Both the position numbers and the translations under genes were made by a program. A stretch of DNA of 40,445 bases from Acidimicrobiales bacterium (GTDB lineage Bacteria > Actinomycetota > Acidimicrobiia > Acidimicrobiales > JABEUL01), in contig JABEUL010000244.1 of the NCBI GenBank assembly GCA_013044465.1, positions 1 through 40,445 of the forward strand. Reading direction: 5' to 3'. The notes beneath the pieces are model-generated. The model did no database searches. It was not told where the DNA came from and saw nothing but the letters and a program-made list of their open reading frames with translations. Below are positions 1-9,395 of the stretch, piece after piece (the first letter of the stretch is position 1; every line of letters begins with the position of its first letter).

Positions 1-3000
1 GCACTAAATCTTGTATTCGAATTGCCACAAATGGCCACGGCCCCATATTGTCGGGCTCATCTTGAAGCCAAACAATTTCCTTGAGATTCGCGTATTTGCC
101 AAATACTTCCTTGATTTGGACTCGTGGCCAAGGATAAAGTCTCTCAACCCTTACAACAACAGAAGGAAGATCAAGAGTTGCACCATTTTGTCTCCGATCT
201 CTCTCGGCCATGGCATCATAAGCAACTTTTCCTGAGCACAAAATTACTCTTTGAACATTCTCGAAATTATTACTAACCGTTTCAGACCCTAATTGACTCT
301 CATCGATTACAGGCTTGAAATTCCCTTTTATTATCTCTTCGACTTTAGATCTTGACTGCTTTGCTCTCAATAGTGATTTTGGAGTAGCCACCACTAAAGG
401 TCGCCTTGGCCTGGCAACTGCTTGTCCCCTAATTAAGTGGAACATTTGCGATGCAGTCGTTGGCTGTGCAACAATCATATTTCCACCTGCGGCAAGAGTC
501 AAAAATCTCTCAATTCTCGCCGAAGAATGTTCTGGGCCCTGCCCCTCGTAACCATGAGGCAAGAAGAGAGTTAGGCCAGAGTCTTGACCCCACTTGTCAG
601 AAGCTGATACCAAAAAGTTATCAATGATTATCTGAGCGCCGTTGGCAAAATCACCAAACTGAGCCTCCCAAACAACCATTGCCTCAGGTGATCCAATCGT
701 GTAACCGTATTCAAACCCTAGGGCGCCATACTCACTTAGTAGCGAATCATAAATTCGATACTTTCCAGGTTTGGCTCCTCTTCTAAGATACTCTTTGCGC
801 ATGTAGGAAATTGGATAGAAGGAGTTACCATTCTCATAGTCGATCCAAGCGGCGTGTCTATGGCTAAATGTGCCCCTCCTTGAGTCTTGCCCGCAAATTC
901 GCACAGATATTCCCTCTTTAACCAACGATGCAAACCCCAGGGACTCCCCTGCTGCCCAATCAAGTTCACCATCATCCAAGAGTGATTTTCTCGCTTCAAT
1001 TTGCTTTTCTAATTTCGGATGAATTGTAAAACCATCTGGAACCTTTTCGATGAGATCCACTAGATCAGTGAAAGCTGACACATCAATTGCAGTATTTATT
1101 TCCTCGGGATCTTCAACCGGTGGGGGCATAGGGATATTAGTTGGCTTTGAAGGCGCGCTTTGACGAGTCTCATCTAAGGCCTTTTGAAGTTTTGAGTGAA
1201 AATCGTCTAGTGCGGCCTCTGCTTGGTCAATCGAGATATCCCCCTTCCTCACCAGCAACTCTGTATAAAGCTTTCTAACATTTCGCATCTCATTGATTAC
1301 TCGGTACATAATTGGCTGGGTATAACTTGGATCATCCCCCTCGTTATGACCATGGAGCCGGTAGCAGACCATGTCAATCACTACATCTTTTGAGAACTTC
1401 TGTCTAAATAGGAACGCCAACCTAGCTGCCATTACACAGGCTTCTGGATCATCCCCATTTACATGGAATATTGGCGATTGAGTAGTTTTTGCCACATCGG
1501 AGGGGTATGTAGAGCTTCTTGCATATTTGGGATCAGTTGTGAAACCTACTTGATTATTAATTATTAAATGAATAGTTCCACCTGTAAAATATGCCGGAAG
1601 TTGCGAAAAACTCAGAGTTTCATAGATAATTCCCTGACCAGCAAATGCAGCGTCGCCATGTACCAATAGTGGAAGAACCTTATTAGCAGATGGATCACTA
1701 CTTTCAAAATCCGCTAAATCAAGCTTGGCTCTAGCAATTCCTTCCACGACTGGATCAACTGCGTCCAGATGAGATGGATTCGAAGCCATTGAAACTTTCA
1801 CACTCTCGTTTTTGAAATTGGTATAGGTCCCCGTTGCTCCTTTGTGATACTTAACATCACCTGAACCTTGAACTGACTCAGGATCTACCTCACCTTCAAA
1901 TTCACGAAAAATATTCTCATATGATTTTCCAATGACGTTAGCAAGAACATTTAATCTTCCCCGGTGAGCCATTCCTAAAATCACTTCTGACACTGATTGA
2001 CTGGCAGCTAATTCACAAATCGAATCAATAATACAAATTGCAGACTCAGCGCCTTCTAGACCAAAGCGCTTCTGTCCTATGTATCTAGATTGCAAAAATT
2101 GCTCGAAAGCATCCGCGGCATTCAGCCGATCTAATATTCGTCTTTTCTCTAAGGAAGTAAAAAACTCGTCCAATGATTCAACTGATTCTTGAACCCAACT
2201 TCTTTCTTCTGGGTTTTCAATGTGCCCGTATTCGACGGTAAATGAGCCCATATACCTCTGTCTAAGTTTTTCCACCAAAGACCCAAATTTGATGGATTTA
2301 ATGGGGTCTTTTCCATCTACTTCAATTACTGCCCTGTCTAAATCCCAAATGCTCAGTCCATTTCCTTCAAGGTCAAGTTCACTTACTTCTTTAGTGGGAC
2401 TAAGTCCTAGAGGGTCCAAATCTGCATAGAGATGTCCCAAATGACGAATATTTCTTAGGTATGAGTTCATACGTATCTGGCGTGTTGCTTGAGCGTTTTC
2501 TAGGGGTAGTGAAACGTCATTTGACCACTTATGAGGTTTGAGTGAGATATCCATTGACTCGAAAATCTCTTCATAAAACTCATAACCCCCCATAAGCAAG
2601 GCTTCAATTACTGCCAACATCTCACCTGACTCTGCTCCTTGAATCACTCGGTGGTCATAAGTTGAAGTCAAGGTAATTACAGGAGACACAGCCATGTCCA
2701 CTAGGGACAACTCGCTGGCACCTTTTAAAGAAGTTGGATTAGCCATAGCACCAACTCCTAAGATCACCCCTTGTCCTGGCATAAGTCTCGGGATGGAGTG
2801 AGACGTTCCAATAGTGCCCGGATTGGTAATGCTGACTGTCGTGTCGGCAAAATCATCAACGGTTAGTTTGTTGGTTTTAACACGTCGTAAAATATCTTCA
2901 AATACGGCCACAAAATCACTAAAAGATAGGTTGTTCGCACCCTTAATAGAAGGCACCAATAATGTTCTTGATCCATCTGCCTTCTTCGTATCTACTGCCA

Positions 3001-3601
3001 CACCTAAGCCAACAGATGAGTCCTTTAAAACTCCAGGCGTTCCTTTCCCATCGCAGTCTTTTACAAATACATTTTTCATCGCACTTGTCTGATTGAGTGC
3101 CCTCATGAATGCAAATGCAATGATGTGGGTAAAGGAAACCTTCGGACCACTCTTTCTCGTCAAACGTTCGTTTAGCAATGCTCGATTCAAAATCAAAAGT
3201 TTGGCGGGAATGTCTCTGACACTGGTTGCAGTTGGAATATCCAGTGAATGCGCCATATTCTCGACAATTTTGCCCGCTGCGCCTCTGAGCGGCACTGCAC
3301 CTTCGACAGAGGGTTTACTTACAGCGACACTATCTAATGGTCGAGCCTCCACTACTCGTTGAACACTCGCGTTTTCAACGAGGTCCTTTACCCTTGTCGG
3401 AGAACCGGGAATATGGCGGTAGTCCTTAAAAAACTCTTGCCAGCTGGAACTTACCGAAGCGGGATCACTGCGAAATTTATCAAACATTTCGTCAATTAGC
3501 CAGGCGTTTGGTCCAAAAGCTCCAGAAAATCCTTGGCTAAGCGAGTTTGAATTACTCTCATTATCTGTTGGTGGAATTGTCACATAGTCCAGTTTACCCA
3601 T
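1..3601 (-). CDS. kgd: 2-oxoglutarate decarboxylase/dehydrogenase E1, actinobacterial Kgd/OdhA type with a fused N-terminal E2-like acyltransferase domain. The C-terminal end runs off the left window edge.
   Basis: Absent from the ORF track because there is no stop codon inside the window. My hand translation of the minus strand from ATG 3601-3599 stays open to position 2, about 1200 codons. It reads MGKLDYVTIPP...GPNAWLIDEMFDKFRSDPASVSSSWQEFF. It contains an E2-type catalytic DHRVIQGAESG (about 2636-2660). E1 motifs present are LGMAHRGRLNVLANV, GDVKYHKG, LVHGDAAFAGQG and PHGYEGQGPEHSSARIERF (about 500-556). The frame was checked at three points, and all codon starts are congruent to 1 mod 3. 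Confidence 0.9.
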   Translation of the reverse strand, partial: MGKLDYVTIPPTDNESNSNSLSQGFSGAFGPNAWLIDEMFDKFRSDPASVSSSWQEFFKDYRHIPGSPTRVKDLVENASVQRVVEARPLDSVAVSKPSVEGAVPLRGAAGKIVENMAHSLDIPTATSVRDIPAKLLILNRALLNERLTRKSGPKVSFTHIIAFAFMRALNQTSAMKNVFVKDCDGKGTPGVLKDSSVGLGVAVDTKKADGSRTLLVPSIKGANNLSFSDFVAVFEDILRRVKTNKLTVDDFADTTVSITNPGTIGTSHSIPRLMPGQGVILGVGAMANPTSLKGASELSLVDMAVSPVITLTSTYDHRVIQGAESGEMLAVIEALLMGGYEFYEEIFESMDISLKPHKWSNDVSLPLENAQATRQIRMNSYLRNIRHLGHLYADLDPLGLSPTKEVSELDLEGNGLSIWDLDRAVIEVDGKDPIKSIKFGSLVEKLRQRYMGSFTVEYGHIENPEERSWVQESVESLDEFFTSLEKRRILDRLNAADAFEQFLQSRYIGQKRFGLEGAESAICIIDSICELAASQSVSEVILGMAHRGRLNVLANVIGKSYENIFREFEGEVDPESVQGSGDVKYHKGATGTYTNFKNESVKVSMASNPSHLDAVDPVVEGIARAKLDLADFESSDPSANKVLPLLVHGDAAFAGQGIIYETLSFSQLPAYFTGGTIHLIINNQVGFTTDPKYARSSTYPSDVAKTTQSPIFHVNGDDPEACVMAARLAFLFRQKFSKDVVIDMVCYRLHGHNEGDDPSYTQPIMYRVINEMRNVRKLYTELLVRKGDISIDQAEAALDDFHSKLQKALDETRQSAPSKPTNIPMPPPVEDPEEINTAIDVSAFTDLVDLIEKVPDGFTIHPKLEKQIEARKSLLDDGELDWAAGESLGFASLVKEGISVRICGQDSRRGTFSHRHAAWIDYENGNSFYPISYMRKEYLRRGAKPGKYRIYDSLLSEYGALGFEYGYTIGSPEAMVVWEAQFGDFANGAQIIIDNFLVSASDKWGQDSGLTLFLPHGYEGQGPEHSSARIERFLTLAAGGNMIVAQPTTASQMFHLIRGQAVARPRRPLVVATPKSLLRAKQSRSKVEEIIKGNFKPVIDESQLGSETVSNNFENVQRVILCSGKVAYDAMAERDRRQNGATLDLPSVVVRVERLYPWPRVQIKEVFGKYANLKEIVWLQDEPDNMGPWPFVAIRIQDLV

Positions 3602-3756
3602 GCATGCCTTCAAACTTTACCAATCACCTAGGGCGATAGCGCCATTAACCGTTACGAACTTAGTTCCAAGAAAAAATCAGAATCTAATCGCACAAATTGT
3701 GAAAATCTTATATACAAAATTCAGTGCTCTAATAGCAACAATCAAGTTGCCCTTCG

Positions 3757-4578
3757 CTAATTGAGTTGGGCATCTAAGCAAAGTGGCGCATGATCCGAAG
3801 GTTTCTCACCTTCTCGCTCAGACCTATCTACCCATATTCGCTCAGTGGAAAATGAATGATTCTCGTGAATTAATGGAGGGCTGTAAAGCGCCAAGTCTAT
3901 TCTCATGCCGTGTCCCCTTTTATAAGAGGCAGACCTGTAATCCCACCAAGTAAATCCTGATTTACCAACTTCCCCATTTTCCTGCCACAGGTCTACAAAC
4001 CCGCTATTTAAGAGATTGGACAGTTTCTCCCTTTCGGCCTCCGATACATGAGTCATCCCTTCAAATGCAGCAATATCCCATACATCACTGTCCAATGGCG
4101 CAATGTTGAAATCCCCTTCAACCAAAAAATGGCAGTTACTGTACTTTTCCCTAAGAGCCTCCAGATTAACTTTTAGGGCATCGAGCCAGGCAAGTTTATT
4201 TTCCATGTGGATAGATCCAAGCTCTCTGCCATTTGGGATGTATGCCGAAACTGAAATTAAACTATTTACTCTGGCGGCAATAAATCTGCACTCCTTGCGA
4301 TCTACTCCGAAATCAGGGTCTTGGCCTTGAAATCCACGCTGGACAATCTCGACATCTTTAACCAAGGTAGCTATTGCAACTCCATTCCAAGGTCCATTTC
4401 CGTGGTGAAAAACACTGTAGCCAAGAGCTGTAAATTCACTTCTCATTGACTCAAACTGTCCATTCTGCATTTTTGTTTCTTGCATACACAAAATATCTGG
4501 TTTATTTCTCTCGAGAAAACTAGTGACTCTGACTAACCTAGCTCTGAGAGAATTTACATTCCACGTAACAAAAAGCAT
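3757..4578 (-). CDS. xthA: Exodeoxyribonuclease III / AP endonuclease (EEP superfamily)
   Basis: 273-aa ORF. The N-terminus MLFVTWNVNSLRARL, CMQETK, GDFNIAP and the C-terminal SDHAPL are typical of ExoIII/Xth. Confidence 0.9.
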   Translation of the reverse strand: MLFVTWNVNSLRARLVRVTSFLERNKPDILCMQETKMQNGQFESMRSEFTALGYSVFHHGNGPWNGVAIATLVKDVEIVQRGFQGQDPDFGVDRKECRFIAARVNSLISVSAYIPNGRELGSIHMENKLAWLDALKVNLEALREKYSNCHFLVEGDFNIAPLDSDVWDIAAFEGMTHVSEAEREKLSNLLNSGFVDLWQENGEVGKSGFTWWDYRSASYKRGHGMRIDLALYSPPLIHENHSFSTERIWVDRSEREGEKPSDHAPLCLDAQLN

Positions 4579-4589
4579 TACTTAGAATC

Positions 4590-5006
4590 TCACATACTCA
4601 CTACTACAAAGAGAATATCTACCTCAGCTGCAAGTTGACCATTGACTGATGCTCGTCCTGATCCCGTCCCGCCTTTTGACCCTAAGCGAGTCATAGTGAT
4701 CTCTAGGTCTAGTTGATCTTGAGGAAGAACTTGCCTCCGGAATCTAGCTCTGTCAATTCCCCCAAAAAGTGGCAACTTTCCAGCGAAGCGCCCATCTAGC
4801 AAAACTGCGCAAGCACCCAGTTGAGCCAGTGCTTCCACCATCAATACTCCGGGAAGTGTTGGTCGATTTGGGAAATGGCCTTCAAAAAACCACTCATCTA
4901 CTGTTAATTTACAATAGCCGTTAGCTTCTTTTCCAGGTTCGATCGAAGTTACTTCATCTAAAAATAAAAAAGGAGGCCTATGGGGAATGATACTTTTTGG
5001 ATCCAT
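4590..5006 (-). CDS. FabZ-family 3-hydroxyacyl-ACP dehydratase (hotdog fold)
   Basis: IIPHRPPFLFLDEV...FFEGHFPNRPTLPGVLMVEALAQLGA matches the FabZ active-site region. I prefer the internal ATG at 5006 (MDPKSIIPHRPPF) over the track start 5078, which would overlap the divergent gene starting at 5057. Confidence 0.8.
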   Translation of the reverse strand: MDPKSIIPHRPPFLFLDEVTSIEPGKEANGYCKLTVDEWFFEGHFPNRPTLPGVLMVEALAQLGACAVLLDGRFAGKLPLFGGIDRARFRRQVLPQDQLDLEITMTRLGSKGGTGSGRASVNGQLAAEVDILFVVVSM

Positions 5007-5056
5007 AGTATTGAGGCTACTAAACTTTTGAACCGGCCAACAAAGCCTGTAATGTA

Positions 5057-5842
5057 ATGAAGAATCAAATGGAATCAAAAATGGTTAAATCAGACTTATC
5101 GACAAGAGTATATGAAGGAGATCCTCCGCTGGTGGTTACAGTTCATGGAGCCATGGATCGTGGAAAAAGTTTCTCGTTAGCCAGAAGATACCTTTTAAAA
5201 TATGAGTTTTTAACATATGACCGACGAGGATATGGTGACTCAAGAAAGCTTGATCCTCCGGTCGCAAAGGGTCTGGAGGGCCACTTAAGTGACCTTATGC
5301 AAATAATCGGAAGCAGAAAGGTGGTACTAGTCGGCCATTCCTACGGAGGCGTAATTGCACTTACTGCTTCTTCTAAATTCCCGAGATCAGTTTTATCCGC
5401 CGTGATCTATGAAGCACCCATGCCCTGGCTGGATTGGTGGCACCAAGAAGGCGCAACGCCTGGCACCAAAGTCACCCAAGCCCCCTCTCCTGAAGAAGCA
5501 GTTAATGGCTTCATGAAGACAATGCTTGGAGACAGGTGGGATCAGATGAGCGAAAAAAATCGCATCGACAGGCTCGACGAAGGACCAGCATTAATAAGTG
5601 ATCTTTCCGAACTCCGAAGTGGGGCTCCTTTTAATCCGAAAGATATCGCCATCCCCGTGACTGTGGGTTATGGGGCAAAAAGCTCGCCTAGACATGAAAA
5701 AGCAGCAATCTACTTGGGCAATACCATCCCTGATTCACAAGTCATAAAATTTGAAAAATCGGGCCACGGAGCCCACATCTCTCATCCCAGGGAATTTGCA
5801 AAACTAATTCAAGAAGGAATCAATCGGGCAACAAAACCTTAG
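5057..5842 (+). CDS. Alpha/beta-fold hydrolase
   Basis: 261-aa ORF with the nucleophile elbow VLVGHSYGG and a C-terminal GHGAHISHP histidine region. The start is ambiguous among three nearby ATG codons. Confidence 0.75.
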   Translation: MKNQMESKMVKSDLSTRVYEGDPPLVVTVHGAMDRGKSFSLARRYLLKYEFLTYDRRGYGDSRKLDPPVAKGLEGHLSDLMQIIGSRKVVLVGHSYGGVIALTASSKFPRSVLSAVIYEAPMPWLDWWHQEGATPGTKVTQAPSPEEAVNGFMKTMLGDRWDQMSEKNRIDRLDEGPALISDLSELRSGAPFNPKDIAIPVTVGYGAKSSPRHEKAAIYLGNTIPDSQVIKFEKSGHGAHISHPREFAKLIQEGINRATKP

Positions 5843-5846
5843 AAAG

Positions 5847-7046
5847 TTATCCGCCAGTTCTTTCATTCCACGGCCTATCGGCATCAAAGTCCATCTCTTT
5901 TGGCAATCCAAGGGTCTTTTCTGCAATGATATTGCGCTGTATTTCTGACGTTCCACCTCCTACGGTCAGGGCCGCAGAGAATAGAAAACCAAGATTCCAA
6001 TAACCTATGGCATTTTGAAATGGGCTAAGGGTACCCGGGAAGCTCCCAACATCGACCATTCCAGAGGTTCCAGCCATTGATTTCGCAACTTGCATTAAAT
6101 TTTGCCCATGTTCATCTCCAAGGGCTTTCCTCACACTTGATTCTGGTCCGGGCTCTTGACCAGAAATTGCTGCACTGATCAGTCTCAAACTAAGCCATCT
6201 TAAAATTTCACCTTCTGTGAAGACCTTTGCTAATTCCTGACGAGTAAGTGGATCTTGGCAGCCACCAGTTAGTTTGACTAGGTCTATTAGATCTCTAGCT
6301 ACCGGACCATTTCCCCAAAGAACTCCGCCTGATGAAAGAGAAACTCTCTCATTGGCCAAAGTGACTTTAGCGAGTTCCCATCCACGGTTTAACTCCCCTA
6401 CCAAGTTCGCAACTGGAATGTGGACATCATCAAAAAACACCTCGTTAAAAGTGTGCATTCCAGTCATATCGACAATTGGATGAATCGTGATCCCAGGAGC
6501 ATCCATTGGACAGATTAAATAGCTGATTCCCTGATGTTTTGTTACTTCAGGATTGGTTCTTACCAGCAGTATTCCAAATTTTGCAATATGGCCAAAACTT
6601 GTCCATATCTTCTGACCATTTACTATAAAATTATCTCCATCGAGGTAGGCCCTTGTGGATAAAGAAGCAAGATCTGAGCCGGAACCTGGCTCACTAAATA
6701 GCTGACACCAAATCTCCTGAGCACTTAAAATTGGCATGAGATAGCGATCTTTTTGCTCTTTTGTGCCAGCGTGCAAAATAGTTGGACCTGCCCATCCGAT
6801 CCCAATTGCATTCGATGGCCTAGAGACCTTTGCGGTTCTCAGTTCCTCGTCAATAACGAGTTGGGATATTGGATCGGCCTCCCTGCCGTAGGGTTTGGGC
6901 CAATGGGGCGCCACAAGACCACTGGCAGCCAATTCTTCAGCTGTGGGGCTTGGATGGGCTTCCAGCCATTTTCTAACTTCTTGGCGAATTGGATCATTTT
7001 CTCCAGGCAGGCTAAATTCCATTAGGCCATGATACGGTGAAATCAT
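5847..7046 (-). CDS. Acyl-CoA dehydrogenase family protein
   Basis: Contains CQLFSEPGSGSDLASL, VNGQKIWTS and a C-terminal GGTSEIQRNIIAE, which are typical ACAD motifs. An alternative start at ATG 7022 (MEFSLPGEND) is plausible. Confidence 0.85.
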   Translation of the reverse strand: MISPYHGLMEFSLPGENDPIRQEVRKWLEAHPSPTAEELAASGLVAPHWPKPYGREADPISQLVIDEELRTAKVSRPSNAIGIGWAGPTILHAGTKEQKDRYLMPILSAQEIWCQLFSEPGSGSDLASLSTRAYLDGDNFIVNGQKIWTSFGHIAKFGILLVRTNPEVTKHQGISYLICPMDAPGITIHPIVDMTGMHTFNEVFFDDVHIPVANLVGELNRGWELAKVTLANERVSLSSGGVLWGNGPVARDLIDLVKLTGGCQDPLTRQELAKVFTEGEILRWLSLRLISAAISGQEPGPESSVRKALGDEHGQNLMQVAKSMAGTSGMVDVGSFPGTLSPFQNAIGYWNLGFLFSAALTVGGGTSEIQRNIIAEKTLGLPKEMDFDADRPWNERTGG

Positions 7047-7091
7047 GGCAAATCACAAAACAGAAGAGTTTTTTTCATATAAGGAGATTCA

Positions 7092-8701
7092 ATGACCTCT
7101 TGGAACTTAGCTGACCTATGGGATGCAATCTCAGACGCCTTAGGCGATTCTCCGGCCCTTGTACATGGTATTGATAGTCGTACCTGGGCTGAAGTGGAGG
7201 GACGTGCCAATGGGATAGCACGATATTTGTGTCAAGTCGTGCCAGACAGGCAATCCACAGTAGCTCAGTATCTTTATAATTCCAATGAATACATAGAGTC
7301 AATTTACGCAATATTTAAAGCCGGACTAGCACCTGTCAATACAAATTATCGGTATCAAGACGAAGAGCTTATTTACCTATGGAACAATGCTGAAGTTAGC
7401 GCCGTTATATTTCATGGCATATTTTCCGAAAAAATAGAGATAATTAAAGACAAAGTTCCTACTGTAAAGGCATTTCTATGGGTTGATGATAGTAGCGGAG
7501 AAAAGCCTGATTGGGCGATAGATTATCATGAGATCGCCAAAAGTGACCCTTCAAGATTCTTTCCGTCGTGGGGACGAAACGGTGATGATCTTTACCTTCT
7601 CTATACCGGTGGCACAACCGGCATGCCAAAGGGCGTAATGTGGCGCCAGGATGACCTATTTGCAAATCTAAACGACTCGAATTTTCGCAGATGGGCAGCG
7701 GAGTCGACCCCAAGTGATATAGCCGCCCAATTAAAGGAGCGCGGCACGATTCATGTGCCAGCGTGCCCGCTTATGCACGGAACTGGGGCCTTTACTTCTT
7801 TTGCCTGTCTCATGGGAGGTGGAACGGTGGTAACTCTAAATTCTAGAGCGTTTAACCCCGTAGAGCTCCTTGACACGATTGATAGAGAAGGTGTGCAGAC
7901 ATTGGCAATTGTAGGAGACGCATTCGCCAAGCCAATACTTGCTGAGCTTGATCAAAATCCCGCGAAGTGGAGCTTAGCTTCACTGTTTGCCATTATTTCG
8001 TCAGGGGTTATGTGGAGCCAAGAAACTAAAACTGGGCTGCTTAAGCACAAATCAACCCTTCTGTTGGCAGATTTATTCTCCTCATCTGAAGCACTTGGCT
8101 TGGGAGCAAGTGTTTCTAGTGGCATTAAAGCTCAGCCTACGGCTACTTTCACCCTTGGCGATCGAGCAGTTGTTATCGACGAGGAAAATAATTTGATCGA
8201 AAAGGGTTCGAATATAGTTGGTCGTCTAGCTCTAAAGGGTCGGAACCCAATTGGCTACTACAAAGATCCAGAGAAATCTAGTAAGACGTTTCCAGTAATT
8301 GACGGAGTAAGGTTTCCGTTCCCGGTGACTATGCCACTGTAGATGTAGATGGCACAATCCACCTCTTGGGCAGAGGTTCGGTTTGTATAAATACCGGTGG
8401 AGAAAAGGTATTTCCCGAAGAAGTCGAAGAGATAATAAAGAAATTCCCGAATGTTGTTGATGCAATAGCAGTTGGAATTCCCGACAATCGATTTGGTGAA
8501 GTTGTATCAGCTGTAGTCCAATTGAAGGACAGCAATTTGCAGGTCCCTCCCGAGGATGTAATTGCTTTTGTCAGAGAACATTTAGCCGCTTATAAAGCTC
8601 CAAGAACAGTACTTTTTGTTGACTCCATCGAAAGAAGTCCAAGTGGCAAAGTGGATTATTCCAGGTGGAAACAGGTTGCTGTAGCAGCTTTTGCGAAATA
8701 A
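7092..8701 (+). pseudogene. AMP-dependent acyl-CoA synthetase/ligase (FadD-like), split by a single-nucleotide frameshift into track ORFs 7092..8342 and 8366..8701
   Basis: An AAGGAG Shine-Dalgarno sequence lies upstream of the ATG at 7092. The AMP-binding motif LYTGGTTGMPKGV is present. The first frame ends ...VIDGVRFPFPVTMPL*. The other frame is open from 8303 and reads VSVPGDYATVDVDGTIHLLGRGSVCINTGGEKVFPEEVE, which is the expected continuation. The shift must lie between 8303 and 8342, most likely at the AGG-TTT-CC run around 8310-8317. Confidence 0.8.
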
Positions 8702-8710
8702 CAAACTAAA

Positions 8711-9241
8711 TCAGGAGATCTTCTGCCACCCGCTCCATAAAACTCCAAAAGGAGGAGCTACGTTTGCGTCACAAGAGGTCAAGTTCGGACCTTGAGTACT
8801 TATCCACTTACCAATTCCAGCTCCAAAAATTGCTGAATTCGTATTATTTTCCAGATAGTAACTACAATTTCCACCGTCGCCCCATATGGCAACTGATACC
8901 CATTGGCTGCCTCCGATACTTCCTGAGTTCACGGACCAATCAACGTGGCTTTTACTAGGAGTATTTGCTAGAGAAATTTCATTACTTTTGACATGTTGAA
9001 GATTGGCAATTTCATTGACAAACCTACTGAGTGTTGACTGGCTTGCCGAAGTGGTTAATGCCACATAGTTGTTGACTACATTAGCGTTTGCACTTTTAGA
9101 AGGAGAACCAATACCGCTAACTATAAAAATAGAAGTAATAAGAGATACAAATAGACATACTGCAAAAATCACTGAAAAACGTCGAACTGAGGTTTTCGAG
9201 GCTTTTCTATTTCTAAATGTGGCAGGTATCCCAAATGTCAC
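8711..9241 (-). CDS. Secreted or membrane-anchored protein of unknown function. Its C-terminal domain is paralogous to the upstream pilin, but it lacks the prepilin motif.
   Basis: 176-aa ORF with a basic N-terminus, one hydrophobic helix (FSVIFAVCLFVSLITSIFIV) and a possible A-x-A cleavage site (SANA-N). The C-terminus shares VS(I/V)A..G.GNC.Y...LT.C.A...W.GW with the pilin at 9396..9983. Confidence 0.6.
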   Translation of the reverse strand: MTFGIPATFRNRKASKTSVRRFSVIFAVCLFVSLITSIFIVSGIGSPSKSANANVVNNYVALTTSASQSTLSRFVNEIANLQHVKSNEISLANTPSKSHVDWSVNSGSIGGSQWVSVAIWGDGGNCSYYLENNTNSAIFGAGIGKWISTQGPNLTSCDANVAPPFGVLWSGWQKIS

Positions 9242-9395
9242 ACTCTACTTATCGACAAGCTAATCTCAAGCCTTTAGCAGAAATAAATTATCCTAACCAG
9301 TGTAATTATTATGTCGCCACAACATTAAGTGGTCAAATATCAAATAAAAAGTCGACCAGACTAATTCAGTTAATTTTCTACAATTCTGCCAGGTA

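Noticed and set aside
11-3362. Short plus-strand ORFs (74-92 aa) and the 87-aa minus-strand ORF 736..999 listed in the track for the first 3.6 kb
   Set aside because: All lie antisense to, or out of frame within, the continuous 1200-codon kgd frame. Their translations are low-complexity shadow sequences with no recognisable motifs.
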